Shown here piece by piece: positions 11,176-21,500 of a DNA stretch of 64,000 bases; positions within the stretch are counted from its first letter, which is position 1; each line of letters begins with the position of its first letter. Made by a program: the position numbers and the translations under genes. Origin of the DNA: Candidatus Poriferihabitaceae bacterium (GTDB lineage: Bacteria; Pseudomonadota; Gammaproteobacteria; Arenicellales; Poriferihabitantaceae); the NCBI GenBank assembly GCA_965249835.1, contig CBDFMY010000003.1, positions 358,286 through 422,285 of the forward strand, in the 5' to 3' direction. Under the pieces are notes generated by a model, which worked only from the letters and a program-made list of their open reading frames with translations, was not told the origin of the DNA and ran no database searches.

Positions 11176-11224
11176 GCGCGGATGCTTGTCACCGGTCAAC
11201 CCCTTTCGGTTGATCGAGCATCCG

Positions 11225-11800
11225 CGTTTTTCCTGTGGCGAGAATGATGAAATAAGAATCGTGATTGCTGTATAAGCTCGCTGTTTCGCTGACGGTTTTT
11301 CTCGGTTACTTTTGGCCTCGAAAAGACAGTCACACTTTGCGATTCACATTGTCTCCCCAACCCGTCATTCTCGCCGGCAGGCGGAAAAAATCGCCGGGAG
11401 CGATTTTTCGCGAGCGAAGCGAGCCCGAAGGGCGCGTATCAGGGATGATACGCGCAAATCCAGTCTGTTGTTCTCGCCAACGGTGAGAACCCAGAACTAA
11501 AAAACCATGAGAGTAACTAATACCGTCATAATCCAAACCATATCTCCAGACCGTAATTCCTTTTGAGAAGACAAAAGCACACGAAAAAAACTTGGTATGC
11601 CGAACTATTAGTATCATTACGCAAGCGTGACGCACCGGGCGGCTTGCGCCGCCGCTTTAGGATTCCCGCCTGCCGGCGAGAATGACGAATGAAGGGGCAA
11701 TAGTAAATTGAAAAGACAAAAGCGCGTTGAGAAGCCAAAGTAACCGAGGAAAAAAACCTGGTATGCCGAACTATTAGTATCATTACGCAAGCGTGACACT
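11225..11800. repeat. mosaic intergenic repeat block
   Basis: Contains dRS3-like hairpins (attctcgccggcaggcgg at 11367; attcccgcctgccggcgagaat at 11662-11683), the 24-nt hairpin gcgcgtatcagggatgatacgcgc (11432-11455), and two copies of ggtatgccgaactattagtatcattacgcaagcgtgac. Confidence 0.85.
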
Positions 11801-11829
11801 AAAACAGCGTTGCCGCTTTGATGCCGCCG

Positions 11830-13002
11830 CTAAAAAAACGCCTGCAGTCCGGTTTGCGCGCGTCCGAGGATGAGGGCGTGGATGTCGTGGGTGCCTTCGT
11901 AGGTGTTGACGGTTTCCAAATTGGCCATGTGGCGGATGACATGATATTCGTCTGAGATGCCGTTGGCGCCGTGCATATCGCGTGCCATACGGGCGATGTC
12001 CAGTGCCTTGCCGCAGTTGTTGCGCTTGACCAAAGAAATGTTTTCCACCGCACAGCGGTCTTGCTGCAGCAGCCTACCGATGCGCAAAGCGGCTTGCAAG
12101 CCGAGTGTGATTTCGGTTTGCATGTCTGCCAGTTTTTTCTGAATCAATTGGTTTTGCGCCAGCGGCCGCCCGAACTGCTTGCGCGTCAAGGTGTAATCGC
12201 GCGCGGCGTGCCAGCAGAACTCGGCGGCGCCCATTACTCCCCAGGCGATGCCGTAGCGCGCCTTGTTCAAGCACCCGAACGGTCCTTTTAATCCGGTTAC
12301 CTGCAGGCGGTTTTGTTCGGGCACGAATACTTCGTCCATGACGATCTGGCCAGTGCTTGATGCGCGCAAACTCATCTTGCCTTCGATTGCGGGGGTGCTG
12401 AATCCTTGCATGCCTCGCTCAAGGATGAAGCCATGGATGACTTGGTCGAGTTTGCCCCAGACGATGGCGATGTCGGCGATGGGGGCGTTGGTAATCCAGG
12501 TTTTATTGCCGGACAAGCGATAGCCGCCGTCTACTTTTTCGGCGCAAGTTTTCATGCCGCCGGCGTCGGAGCCGTAGTCCGGCTCGGTGAGGCCGAAGCA
12601 ACCAATCATCTCGCCGCGCGCCAGTTTCGGCAGGTAGTGTTTCTTTTGCGCATCTGATCCATAAACGTAAATCGGATGCATCACCAAAGACGACTGCACG
12701 CTCATGGCCGAGCGGTAGCCGCTGTCCACCCGCTCCACTTCCCGCGCCGCCAGACCGTAGCCGACATAACTCAATCCGGCGCCGCCGTATTGTTCGGGCA
12801 GCGTCGAGCCGAGCAAGCCGAGTTCGCCGAAACGTTGCATTAAATCTGCATCGAAGTGCTCGGTGCGGTTGGCTTGGATAATCCCCGGCATCAAATCGCG
12901 CTGACAAAACTCCCGCGCGCTGTCGCGCACCTGTTTTTCTTGTTCACTGAGTTGCGATTCCAGATCGAAAGGGTCATCCCATTGAAACGGAGGCGTGGAC
13001 AC
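11830..13002 (-). CDS. gcdH: glutaryl-CoA dehydrogenase (acyl-CoA dehydrogenase family)
   Basis: A GTG start at 13002 lies 8 nt after AGGAG and gives 390 aa. The part of the ORF upstream of it overlaps the ClC gene. [24 protein letters not shown] and [14 protein letters not shown] are typical of GcdH. Confidence 0.85.
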   Translation of the reverse strand: MSTPPFQWDDPFDLESQLSEQEKQVRDSAREFCQRDLMPGIIQANRTEHFDADLMQRFGELGLLGSTLPEQYGGAGLSYVGYGLAAREVERVDSGYRSAMSVQSSLVMHPIYVYGSDAQKKHYLPKLARGEMIGCFGLTEPDYGSDAGGMKTCAEKVDGGYRLSGNKTWITNAPIADIAIVWGKLDQVIHGFILERGMQGFSTPAIEGKMSLRASSTGQIVMDEVFVPEQNRLQVTGLKGPFGCLNKARYGIAWGVMGAAEFCWHAARDYTLTRKQFGRPLAQNQLIQKKLADMQTEITLGLQAALRIGRLLQQDRCAVENISLVKRNNCGKALDIARMARDMHGANGISDEYHVIRHMANLETVNTYEGTHDIHALILGRAQTGLQAFF

Positions 13003-13057
13003 GGGTTGGCTCCTGGTTGTTCTTCGGGTTGGCTTTTGGGTGTTTGTTGTTTGCGTA

Positions 13058-14806
13058 TTACTGGGCGGCGTTTTCTTCGGCGCGCAAGGCGCGAACGGTT
13101 TGCAAGTATGCCTTGACCAGGGTGGATTCGTAAACCACTCCGAGCAGGCGGCCGGCTTCGTCGAGCACCGGTATGCTTTCGCCGACGAACTCTTCCATGG
13201 CTTCCATGGCATCCCACACCGACATCCCGGCATTGAAGCGCAGCGAATGGTGGTCGAGATAGTGTCGCGCTTTTTTAGGGGCACCGCCGTTGTTTGATGA
13301 CTCGTTTGCGACGATTTGGTTGAGCGTAATCATGCCAAGATATACCGACTGGTCGTCAACGATATACGCCTCGCTGCGATTGGCATCGATCAACGCCTGT
13401 TTCAGTCGGGACAAGTCGTGGTCGGGGTTGCCGCGCACGAAGTCGGTGGTGAGGTAATCGCCGATACCGGTGCGGGCAAGCATCACTTTGTCGCGGCCCA
13501 TGGATAAATCAAAACCGCGCATAGATAATTCACGGTCGAACAATGAACGCCCGAACAGGCGGTATGCCACCAAATTGGAGAACACCACACTGACCATCAC
13601 CGCCGTGGTCAACTCATAGTTGCGCGTCAGTTCGAAGACGATGAGGATGGTGGCGAGCGGCGCGCCGATTACCGGGCTGGTCACCGCCGCCATGCCGCAA
13701 ATCGCGTAAAACTCAATGCCGGCGTAGAAGTCGCTGTAAAGAAATTCCGCGCCATTACCGAGTAGTGCGCCGAATAAAATGCCAATCAGCAGCGCCGGGC
13801 TGAACACGCCGCCGGCGAAACCGAAGCCGATGCACAACGCGGTGGCGGCAATTTTTGCCACCAGAACAACACCGAGTTCGGCGCTGTTATATGCGTCCGG
13901 CGTGATGGCGAAGCGCAAAGTTTCATTGCCGACGCCGAGGATTTCCGGAATCCACTGCGCGGTGATGCCGACGCACAGCCCGGCGATGGCCGGCTTTATC
14001 CACACCGGTAACTTCAAGCAGTCGCTTGCCCGCCGCATGCGCAAAATCCCTTGCATATAAATCACCGCCACCAACGCACCGCCGGCGCCGATTACCACGA
14101 AAGCCAGAAACTCCGGCGCGAACACCGAGCGCGGTACGAATATTTCCAGCAGGGGCGGGCGGTGAAAAATTCGGTCGGCGATGAATAATCCGGTGGAGGA
14201 AGCCACGGTAATCGGCGCGAAGGCGCGCAACGAATAATGGCGCAATACCACTTCGTGGGCGAAGATGACGCCGGCGATGGGCGCGCTGAACACGGTCGAG
14301 ATGGCCGCCGCCACGCCGCAACCAATACCGAGACCGGGTTCGACTTTGCCGAGGCGGGAGACAATCGAGCCGAGCGTGGCACCGAGGTGAGTCAGCGGCC
14401 CATACTGACCCACCGATGCGCCGCTGCCGAGCCCGGCCAGCACCGCGCTGATAGTTACCAATCCGGTTTTGGCTGAGACGCTCTTGCCCGACTGTGCCGC
14501 TTCGATGACATCCGCCGGATTATGCGGACGCTGATCCGGAATCAGTAAAATCAATAGCCCGGCGATGAGTCCGCCGATAGCGGGCAGCACAAACAGAAAC
14601 CAAGACCAGTTGGACTGCGGCGGGATTCCCTGGCGACTTTGGGCGGTCACGAACAACGCGTGATTCAACCACTTGATGGCTTCGACAAAACCGATCGCGA
14701 GCAGCGACGTCACGGCGCCGACAACGATGCCGAAAACCAAAACTCGCACGATGCGGGACAACACATTCACGCCATGCGGACTCGCGGTGGGGGAAGATGA
14801 GGTCAT
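13058..14806 (-). CDS. ClC-family chloride channel with a C-terminal CBS-domain pair
   Basis: ATG at 14806 (MTSSSPT...), 7 nt after the ubiB stop. Multi-pass membrane core ([24 protein letters not shown]) followed by a CBS-like C-terminus. Confidence 0.8.
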   Translation of the reverse strand: MTSSSPTASPHGVNVLSRIVRVLVFGIVVGAVTSLLAIGFVEAIKWLNHALFVTAQSRQGIPPQSNWSWFLFVLPAIGGLIAGLLILLIPDQRPHNPADVIEAAQSGKSVSAKTGLVTISAVLAGLGSGASVGQYGPLTHLGATLGSIVSRLGKVEPGLGIGCGVAAAISTVFSAPIAGVIFAHEVVLRHYSLRAFAPITVASSTGLFIADRIFHRPPLLEIFVPRSVFAPEFLAFVVIGAGGALVAVIYMQGILRMRRASDCLKLPVWIKPAIAGLCVGITAQWIPEILGVGNETLRFAITPDAYNSAELGVVLVAKIAATALCIGFGFAGGVFSPALLIGILFGALLGNGAEFLYSDFYAGIEFYAICGMAAVTSPVIGAPLATILIVFELTRNYELTTAVMVSVVFSNLVAYRLFGRSLFDRELSMRGFDLSMGRDKVMLARTGIGDYLTTDFVRGNPDHDLSRLKQALIDANRSEAYIVDDQSVYLGMITLNQIVANESSNNGGAPKKARHYLDHHSLRFNAGMSVWDAMEAMEEFVGESIPVLDEAGRLLGVVYESTLVKAYLQTVRALRAEENAAQ

Positions 14807-14813
14807 GGGGTCG

Positions 14814-16463
14814 TTAGTGCCGACCAAACCATGACGACAACAACGCGCCGGCACCGGCCAGCAACAAAGCCGCGCTGAGCCACGATGCGGTGGCGGTCGC
14901 CGGCCCGCCGAGCAGGAGCAAAAGCCCGCCGAGGAACAAGGTGGCGGCGATGATGGCGCGCGCGGTTCGGCGTTGCGCATCGGCCATCTGATGCTGCAAA
15001 TCGGCCAGCAAGTCGGCATTTTGTCGGTCGCGAGTGCGCACGATCAACTCGTCGTTTTTCAGCCGGTGCAGGACTTGATGAACCAAGCCGGGCAACTGCG
15101 GCGCTAGGGTAAAAAGGTTCGGCAATTCCTGTTTCAAAATACGAATCGCCGCCTTTGGCCCGATTTGCTCGCTGGTCCATTTTTCGAGAAACGGCTTGGC
15201 GGTCGCCCACAGGTCGAGTTGCGGATACAACTGCCGCCCCAACCCTTCAATATTGAGTAGCGTTTTTTGCAACAGCACCAACTGCGGCTGCACCGGCATT
15301 TGAAAACGATGCGCCACGCGGAACAAGTCGATAAGAAAACCGCCGAATGAAATCTCGCTGATGGGGCGTGCGAAAATCGGCTCGCACACGGTGCGGATGG
15401 CGCCTTCGAATTCTTCCACTTTGGTTTCGGGCGGCACCCAGCCGGCGCGGACATGGGCATCGGCTACGCGATGATAATCGCGATCAAAAAACGCCAGCAA
15501 GTTCTCCGCCAGATATCGTTTGTCGGCGGCGCTCAAGGTGCCCATGATGCCGAAGTCCACCGCTCGATACTGGCCTTCCTTTGACACGAAGAGGTTGCCC
15601 GGATGCATGTCGGCGTGGAAGAAACCATCGCGAAATGCCTGGGTGAAAAAAATTTCCACGCCGTCATGCGCTAACTTTTTCATGTCAATGCCGGCGGCTT
15701 TTAGTCGCGACACATCGCGAATCGGAATGCCGTGAATGCGCTCCATCACCATGACATCGCGGCGCGTGTGCTCCCAATACACTTTCGGCACATAAATTAA
15801 ATCCGAGTCCGCAAAGTTCGCGCGCAACTGGCTGGCGTTGGCGGCTTCGCGCATCAAGTCAAGTTCGTAGTGGATGGTTTGGTCATAGTCGGAGACGATC
15901 TCGGCCGGCTTCAAGCGATGTGCGTCCGACCAATAACGCTCGGCCAGGTCGGCCAGGGCGCGTAGCAATTCAAGGTCGCGCTCAATGACTTTTTGCACAT
16001 CCGGGCGCAACACCTTGACCACCACTTCGGAGCCGTCCGCCAACTCGGCGTGATGCACTTGCGCGACCGATGCCGAGGCGGTGGCTTCGGCATCAAACGA
16101 TTTGAAATGATTCTCCAGCGAATCGCCGTAGGCGCGTTCAATGATCGCGCGCGCCTCGGCCGCCGGGAAAGGCGGCACTTCGTCTTGCAGGCGAACCAAC
16201 TCGCCGGAAATATCCGCCGGCAGAAGATCCGGGCGAGTGGAAAGCACCTGGCCGAATTTAACGAACACCGGCCCCAGTTCTTCCAGGGCTTCGCGCAAAC
16301 GCCGACCACGCGGGATGTCGTCTCGCCTGCGCCACCGACTCGGCACCGCCCGGAAAAGAAACGCAAATGGCCGGAACAGGTGCAGGGCACTGACAAACTC
16401 GTCGAGGTTGTGTTTGACCAGCACGCGGGCGATGCGCAACAGATGAAAAAAATTCTTGCCCAA
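14814..16463 (-). CDS. ubiB: ubiquinone biosynthesis regulatory kinase UbiB
   Basis: 549 aa. ALEELGPVFVKFGQVLSTRPDLLP, ASVAQVHHA and HADMHPGNLFV are ABC1/UbiB hallmarks. C-terminal TM segments are present. Confidence 0.92.
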   Translation of the reverse strand: MGKNFFHLLRIARVLVKHNLDEFVSALHLFRPFAFLFRAVPSRWRRRDDIPRGRRLREALEELGPVFVKFGQVLSTRPDLLPADISGELVRLQDEVPPFPAAEARAIIERAYGDSLENHFKSFDAEATASASVAQVHHAELADGSEVVVKVLRPDVQKVIERDLELLRALADLAERYWSDAHRLKPAEIVSDYDQTIHYELDLMREAANASQLRANFADSDLIYVPKVYWEHTRRDVMVMERIHGIPIRDVSRLKAAGIDMKKLAHDGVEIFFTQAFRDGFFHADMHPGNLFVSKEGQYRAVDFGIMGTLSAADKRYLAENLLAFFDRDYHRVADAHVRAGWVPPETKVEEFEGAIRTVCEPIFARPISEISFGGFLIDLFRVAHRFQMPVQPQLVLLQKTLLNIEGLGRQLYPQLDLWATAKPFLEKWTSEQIGPKAAIRILKQELPNLFTLAPQLPGLVHQVLHRLKNDELIVRTRDRQNADLLADLQHQMADAQRRTARAIIAATLFLGGLLLLLGGPATATASWLSAALLLAGAGALLSSWFGRH

Positions 16464-16481
16464 TGGAGTAATTCCGGCGGA

Positions 16482-17132
16482 TTAATTGCGCGAAGCGGGT
16501 TTGGTTTTTTGTTGCATGGTGTTCATCATGTCATCGAGTCGCGCGATTCGTTTGGTTAGCCGATCGACATCGGCGCGGGTTCGGTTGAGGGTTTTATCAA
16601 ACCGCGTCATGGCCGGGTTGGTAACCAGAATTCGTTTTTCTTCGCGCAGATAATCGGCCGTGTTCTCGCGGGTGAGGTCAAGAGATTTTTCGGCCCAGCC
16701 CGCCAGTCCGCGAGCCGCGTTTGCGAATTTGCGCGCCGGCGTGTCGCCGAAATAACGCGACAATAATTCTTCCCAATCCAAATCCAGTTGCCCCAGAATT
16801 TTTTGCAACGCTTGCGCGAGTTCAGCATCGCCGTCAATCGTCAAACGATTCAGTTTCAAATCGCCGCCACGACCAAACCGCGCAAACGCGGAGGCGGGTC
16901 CGCGTAGCGTAACATCCGGCGGCGCCGTGCTCTCGTCAACGTTGCGACAAAATTCCATGCCATGTTCGTTCGGCAGCAGATATAGTTTGATTGCCGGCGC
17001 GGTAACTTCCAGACAAAAAACCTTGCCGCGCAGTTGCGTCAGTTTTTGTTTGCCGTCGGGGTCAAGATCGATAAGCGCACTCGTCGCGGCGTTTAATAGG
17101 TCAAGCACGAGGTCGGCATCGGGGCGCAACAT
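16482..17132 (-). CDS. ubiJ: ubiquinone biosynthesis accessory factor UbiJ (SCP2 domain)
   Basis: 216 aa between ubiE and ubiB, the conserved position. The N-terminal half is SCP2-like. Confidence 0.75.
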   Translation of the reverse strand: MLRPDADLVLDLLNAATSALIDLDPDGKQKLTQLRGKVFCLEVTAPAIKLYLLPNEHGMEFCRNVDESTAPPDVTLRGPASAFARFGRGGDLKLNRLTIDGDAELAQALQKILGQLDLDWEELLSRYFGDTPARKFANAARGLAGWAEKSLDLTRENTADYLREEKRILVTNPAMTRFDKTLNRTRADVDRLTKRIARLDDMMNTMQQKTKPASRN

Positions 17133-17150
17133 AACTTTAATACTTCCCCT

Positions 17151-17930
17151 TTAATACTTGAGGCCAATGTGCAAAGCAACGATGCCAGCGCTGAGATTGT
17201 GTATGCGCACATCTTCAAATCCGGCGCGCATCATCATTGCCTTCAAGGTTTGCTGGTCGGGGTGTCGACGGATGGATTCGACCAGATAGCGGTAACTTGC
17301 CTCATCGCCGGCGACCAGTTTGCCCAGCGTTGGAATGACCGCGAACGAGTAGCAGTCATACATTTTTTCCAGTAGCGGGAGAATCGGTTTGGAAAACTCC
17401 AGCACCAGCAGTCGTCCACCGGGGCGCAACACGCGAAACATGGAAACGAGCGCGTCTTGTTTGCGCGTAACATTGCGTAACCCGAAGGCGACCGACACGC
17501 AATGAAAGTGATCGTCTTTGAAACAAAGTTTTTCGGCATCGGTTAAAACGTAAGTGATGTTGCCGACCAGGCCGGCGTCGATCAGGTTGCCCTTGCCTTC
17601 GGCAAGCATCGCCGCATTGATGTCGGACAATACCAGCGTGCCGTCGGCGCCGACCTGGCGAGCAAACCGCCGCGCCATATCGCCGCTGCCGCCGGCGACA
17701 TCGAGCACCGTGTCGCCGCGTCGAAGTGCGCTTTGCGATGCCGCAAAACGCTTCCACAATCGGTGCGCGCCAAACGAAATCAAGTCATTCATCAGATCAT
17801 AATTGCTCGCCACCGAACGAAAAACCTCGCCCACCATCCCGGATTTTGCGGAAGGGTCCACCGTCTGATAGCCAAAATCGGTGGCAGAATCGGCGGCTTG
17901 CTCCTGCTGGTGTTTGCTGCTTGCTGTCAT
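17151..17930 (-). CDS. ubiE: demethylmenaquinone/ubiquinone C-methyltransferase UbiE
   Basis: [37 protein letters not shown] and [15 protein letters not shown]. Confidence 0.93.
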   Translation of the reverse strand: MTASSKHQQEQAADSATDFGYQTVDPSAKSGMVGEVFRSVASNYDLMNDLISFGAHRLWKRFAASQSALRRGDTVLDVAGGSGDMARRFARQVGADGTLVLSDINAAMLAEGKGNLIDAGLVGNITYVLTDAEKLCFKDDHFHCVSVAFGLRNVTRKQDALVSMFRVLRPGGRLLVLEFSKPILPLLEKMYDCYSFAVIPTLGKLVAGDEASYRYLVESIRRHPDQQTLKAMMMRAGFEDVRIHNLSAGIVALHIGLKY

Positions 17931-17952
17931 GATGGCTGCGCGAGCGCCGCGC

Positions 17953-18318
17953 TCAGGAATTCATCTTGCGTTGATGTCCGGCATCTGTCAATTGCGCAAG
18001 ATAATTGCGCCAGTTTTCCGCTTGATTGACGCCCAGCGCGTAAAGCGTGTCCCACGAATAAATGCCGGTGGCGTGGCCATCGTCAAATATCGGCTTGATG
18101 GCGTAATTGCCGACCGGCTCGATGTTATCAATATTCACGCGCTCCTTGCCGACCTGCAACACGCCCTGCCCGGGGCCATGCCCCTGCACCTCGGCCGAGG
18201 GCGAATGAACCCGCAGGTATTCGCAACTCATCTCAAACTGCTCGCCGCCATCAAACGACACCGTCAGCATCCGCGTCTTGCGATTGAGATTAATTTCGGT
18301 GGGAGTGTGTTGGCTCAT
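17953..18318 (-). CDS. DUF971 (gamma-butyrobetaine hydroxylase-like N-terminal domain) protein
   Basis: 121 aa. [14 protein letters not shown]...[26 protein letters not shown] is the DUF971 signature. It commonly precedes ubiE. Confidence 0.8.
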   Translation of the reverse strand: MSQHTPTEINLNRKTRMLTVSFDGGEQFEMSCEYLRVHSPSAEVQGHGPGQGVLQVGKERVNIDNIEPVGNYAIKPIFDDGHATGIYSWDTLYALGVNQAENWRNYLAQLTDAGHQRKMNS

Positions 18319-19547
18319 ACCAGCATTTTTAGAATATCTTTTTGCGTCGTAGCAACATCCCTTTCGTTAATCGCAAAGATGCCGAAGTTGTTTTGCTTGG
18401 TTTCCGTTACCATTTTTCTAATAAGATCTTGGTCGGCTTGATTCACCTCATTGCCGTGAAAAAACTTAACAATTTCTTGATCTGCCATTTTGCTATGAAA
18501 AACGCCTCGCATTGTTTTTGATGTTAGCCCAACAACAGAAAAGCATGGCATTTTTTTGTTGTTGAATCTAAGTTCTTTTATATTGGAAAACAATGCTAAT
18601 TTTATGAAAGCGTCTTTGATGTCGTTGGTAGAAGGGAGCAATTTCTTCTCGCTATGTTTCTTTTCCACTAAAAATATTCGATCATCCAAAACAAAATGTT
18701 CATCTGCCGTGAGGTAATATACCCCGCCTAACAGGTTTTTTATAGTAACGGTGGCCTTTTCGCCGGTGACTTTTTCCTTAGGCTGGACTGTTAAAACTTC
18801 TCGACGTTGTGCTTTTATAGCCAATTCTCGTGACAATTCCTTAAATTGAGAAGTGTCTGTTGTTATGATTTGTAGTCTTTTCTCAATACCCTGTTTGCGG
18901 TGCATTTTGACTTTTAATTGATTGCTTATTTTTTGATATGAATCCAAAGTTAATTGAACAACTTTGGGCAGTTCTTCCATTTGCTTTAAATTCCAATGTA
19001 GCGCGCTGGAATGATATTGTTGCAACTCGATAAGTTTTTCATAAACATAACCATACTCTAAAACTTGTTTGGTGATTTTGTTTTTATTCTCTTGCCCAGG
19101 CCGCATATTCCTTTCGGCATCGGCGTAATAACAAACAATCACATAAACATTAAGTAAACTCATCAGTGAAACAGTGTCCCACTGGATAAAATCCCGGTCT
19201 CCATCTGCCCCTTCATCTTTGCAAAAAGGGATTAATGCAACCCGATTTTTTCTGCACAATGTGTCATACACACGCGCAAATGGAAATGTGCGTGTTCGTT
19301 TGGGAGAAACCCATTGACTTAAAGCGTATTCTTCGTTGTCAAGTCTGAGAATAAAACTGCTTTTCGCGGATAAACGACCTTGCAACAAACCATCTTTATC
19401 AAAAACTTCTAATGGGTTGGAAAGATTAGCCTGATATTCTACTTCCTTTAATTCTGCAAAAATGTCGGCGGGTGCACTCATCGAATTAGTAAATAGTAAG
19501 TGTATGGTTCGAAAAATATAATTAATGATTCGGTTCAACATAATCAT
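18315..19547 (-). CDS. putative restriction endonuclease (PD-(D/E)xK motif near the C-terminus), family not recognised
   Basis: AT-rich 410-aa ORF directly downstream of two methyltransferase genes. Candidate catalytic motif ...LTADEHFVLDDRIFLVEKKH... (D-x14-E-K-K). The start is uncertain (19547, 19541 or 19481). Its stop TGA overlaps the ATG of the DUF971 gene (ATGA). Confidence 0.55.
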   Translation of the reverse strand: MIMLNRIINYIFRTIHLLFTNSMSAPADIFAELKEVEYQANLSNPLEVFDKDGLLQGRLSAKSSFILRLDNEEYALSQWVSPKRTRTFPFARVYDTLCRKNRVALIPFCKDEGADGDRDFIQWDTVSLMSLLNVYVIVCYYADAERNMRPGQENKNKITKQVLEYGYVYEKLIELQQYHSSALHWNLKQMEELPKVVQLTLDSYQKISNQLKVKMHRKQGIEKRLQIITTDTSQFKELSRELAIKAQRREVLTVQPKEKVTGEKATVTIKNLLGGVYYLTADEHFVLDDRIFLVEKKHSEKKLLPSTNDIKDAFIKLALFSNIKELRFNNKKMPCFSVVGLTSKTMRGVFHSKMADQEIVKFFHGNEVNQADQDLIRKMVTETKQNNFGIFAINERDVATTQKDILKMLV

Positions 19548-20346
19548 GGCTCACAACAAATATTTCATTCGACTTTTTGCTCGCGTTCATCCCATATCTC
19601 CAGTGCGTTGATATAAAACGAAACTCGCTATAAAAATCGCGCACCTGTTCGCAATCATTATACGACAACAACCATCGGTCACGCCTGTGTAGCAACTTGG
19701 CAAGCCCTTCGTGGTCGAAGTTTTTGTGGTGGTCTCCTCTCTGCCCGTATAAATTGCTGGACACGAAGTAAGGCGGGTCTAAATACAAAAAATCTTCCGC
19801 ATGGCGAGGGATGGATTGTTTGAAATCAGCATGTTCTACATAAAAATTATTTACTTTAAAGTTTGCAAGTCTATTAATGGCAGATTTGGTGAACCTTGGA
19901 TGTCCGGGTGACATGCCACCAGACAGCGTTGTGCCGGAAAACGAACTTCGGTTAAGCACAAAAAACTCCGCCGCGGACTTCTCACTTTCGTCGGTGTAGA
20001 CATGTTTCTTCTGCAACGCATAGAACGCATCCTTGCTCAACGGATAATACTCATCCACCAAGTCAGCCAGGCCAGACGGGTCGCGCAATAGCACTTGCCA
20101 AAAATTCACAAGTGGCAAGAAAGCATCATATACCTGAACCTCTACCCCTCTTGTAGCCAACGCCAATTCTACCGACCCACCCCCGACAAACGGAGAGCAC
20201 AACTTTTTCAAGCCCGGCGACAACAACTCAAGTATTCGCTTGACCGCACGAGATTTGCCGCCAGGGTAACGAAGCGGTGACTTTATCGGCTCGATAAACG
20301 GCGAACAATCTTGCCATGTATCGTTAACCAGAGATGTTTGTTTCAT
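19522..20346 (-). CDS. Dam-class (D12, alpha-group) N6-adenine DNA methyltransferase
   Basis: RYPGGKSR, motif I PFVGGGSVEL and motif IV YLDPPYF occur in alpha order. Confidence 0.85.
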   Translation of the reverse strand: MKQTSLVNDTWQDCSPFIEPIKSPLRYPGGKSRAVKRILELLSPGLKKLCSPFVGGGSVELALATRGVEVQVYDAFLPLVNFWQVLLRDPSGLADLVDEYYPLSKDAFYALQKKHVYTDESEKSAAEFFVLNRSSFSGTTLSGGMSPGHPRFTKSAINRLANFKVNNFYVEHADFKQSIPRHAEDFLYLDPPYFVSSNLYGQRGDHHKNFDHEGLAKLLHRRDRWLLSYNDCEQVRDFYSEFRFISTHWRYGMNASKKSNEIFVVSHDYVEPNH

Positions 20347-20392
20347 TGTTCCTGCAATATTTTGATGTGTGGTGATTGTATATCCCCACGCA

Positions 20393-21499
20393 TCATAATT
20401 TGAGATGGTTAATTTTTTTCACGCCATACTCTATATACTGTTTCTCCGTTTCCATTCCGATATGTTTTCTTTTCAGTTTTTCCGCCACCAGATTGGTAAT
20501 GCCACTCCCTGAAAAAATATCGAGAACGGCGTCGTTTTCGTAGGAATAATATTGAATTACGCGGCGCGCCAACTCATCCGGGAATGGGCAGGGATGAATG
20601 TTTTCGCTCGGGGCAACCGGGCGGATATTCCAAATATTTTTGCTTTGCTCTTGATACCCCTCCAGATTAATTTTATTTGCCTTCTTTTCTTTCGCCGAAC
20701 GATTATGGTAAATGTTGTTTTCCAATTTTTTTGCGGCAGGTTTTTGAAATACAAAAACATACTCCACGGCCAGGCTCGGATAATAATATCCGGGATAAGG
20801 ATGTTGCATTAAAACACCACTTCTTTTATCCCTGACTACGCCCTTTTCCCAGATGATGTCCTCTTTGAATTGCCAGCCGATTTCTTCCATCCAGCAAACA
20901 AAATGAAAGGGCAATGCCACACGCTTCCCAGCCCATGCAACCGGTGAAATGTTAACTACATTGTGGCCGCCCGGCATTACTACTCGATATAGTTCCTTGA
21001 ATCTGTCTATCAGGAATGTTTTGTAATAATGATATGATTGCTCGGTTCTTTCCCAATGACGAATATCGCCTTTCAATTTCTTTATGTGATCTTCATAATT
21101 GATGGCGTTGTGATACGGCGGAGAGGTAAATGCCAATACAATACTGTCATCCATCAACGTCTTCATGCTATCCAGGCAATCACCGCAAATGAATTGTCCC
21201 AGGCCGGCCTTGTATACTTTGAGTTTCTCCCGGTTAATTCGAAAACGCCCACCCAACTCCAGTGCCGATATAATTTGCAGTGCTTTGGTTTTTCCCAACC
21301 CCTTGAAATTTAATAAATCTTCTACCTTGATTTTCGCAGTTAGACTAGAACGAAGATAATCAACTAATTCCTTGCTTAAAGAATTAATATCTTTTCCATT
21401 GTCGCCAGTGCCGAGAAGCACCGCTAACAACTCCTCTGTATTCAGTTTTGACGGTGGGTTGGAAAGGAGTTTTTCTCTAGACTGTTGGTCTGTTCTCAT
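20393..21499 (-). CDS. beta-class N6A/N4C DNA methyltransferase with an N-terminal RadC-type helix-hairpin-helix domain
   Basis: Motif IV FTSPPYHNAINY precedes motif I LDIFSGSGIT, which is beta order. The N-terminal ~95 aa (TEELLAVLLGTGDNGKDINSLSKELVDYL...FKGLGKTKALQIISALELGGR) resemble the RadC/UPF0758 N-terminal HhH region. Start taken at ATG 21497-21499, after GAGGAGG. Confidence 0.8.
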   Translation of the reverse strand: MRTDQQSREKLLSNPPSKLNTEELLAVLLGTGDNGKDINSLSKELVDYLRSSLTAKIKVEDLLNFKGLGKTKALQIISALELGGRFRINREKLKVYKAGLGQFICGDCLDSMKTLMDDSIVLAFTSPPYHNAINYEDHIKKLKGDIRHWERTEQSYHYYKTFLIDRFKELYRVVMPGGHNVVNISPVAWAGKRVALPFHFVCWMEEIGWQFKEDIIWEKGVVRDKRSGVLMQHPYPGYYYPSLAVEYVFVFQKPAAKKLENNIYHNRSAKEKKANKINLEGYQEQSKNIWNIRPVAPSENIHPCPFPDELARRVIQYYSYENDAVLDIFSGSGITNLVAEKLKRKHIGMETEKQYIEYGVKKINHLKL

Positions 21500-21500
21500 A

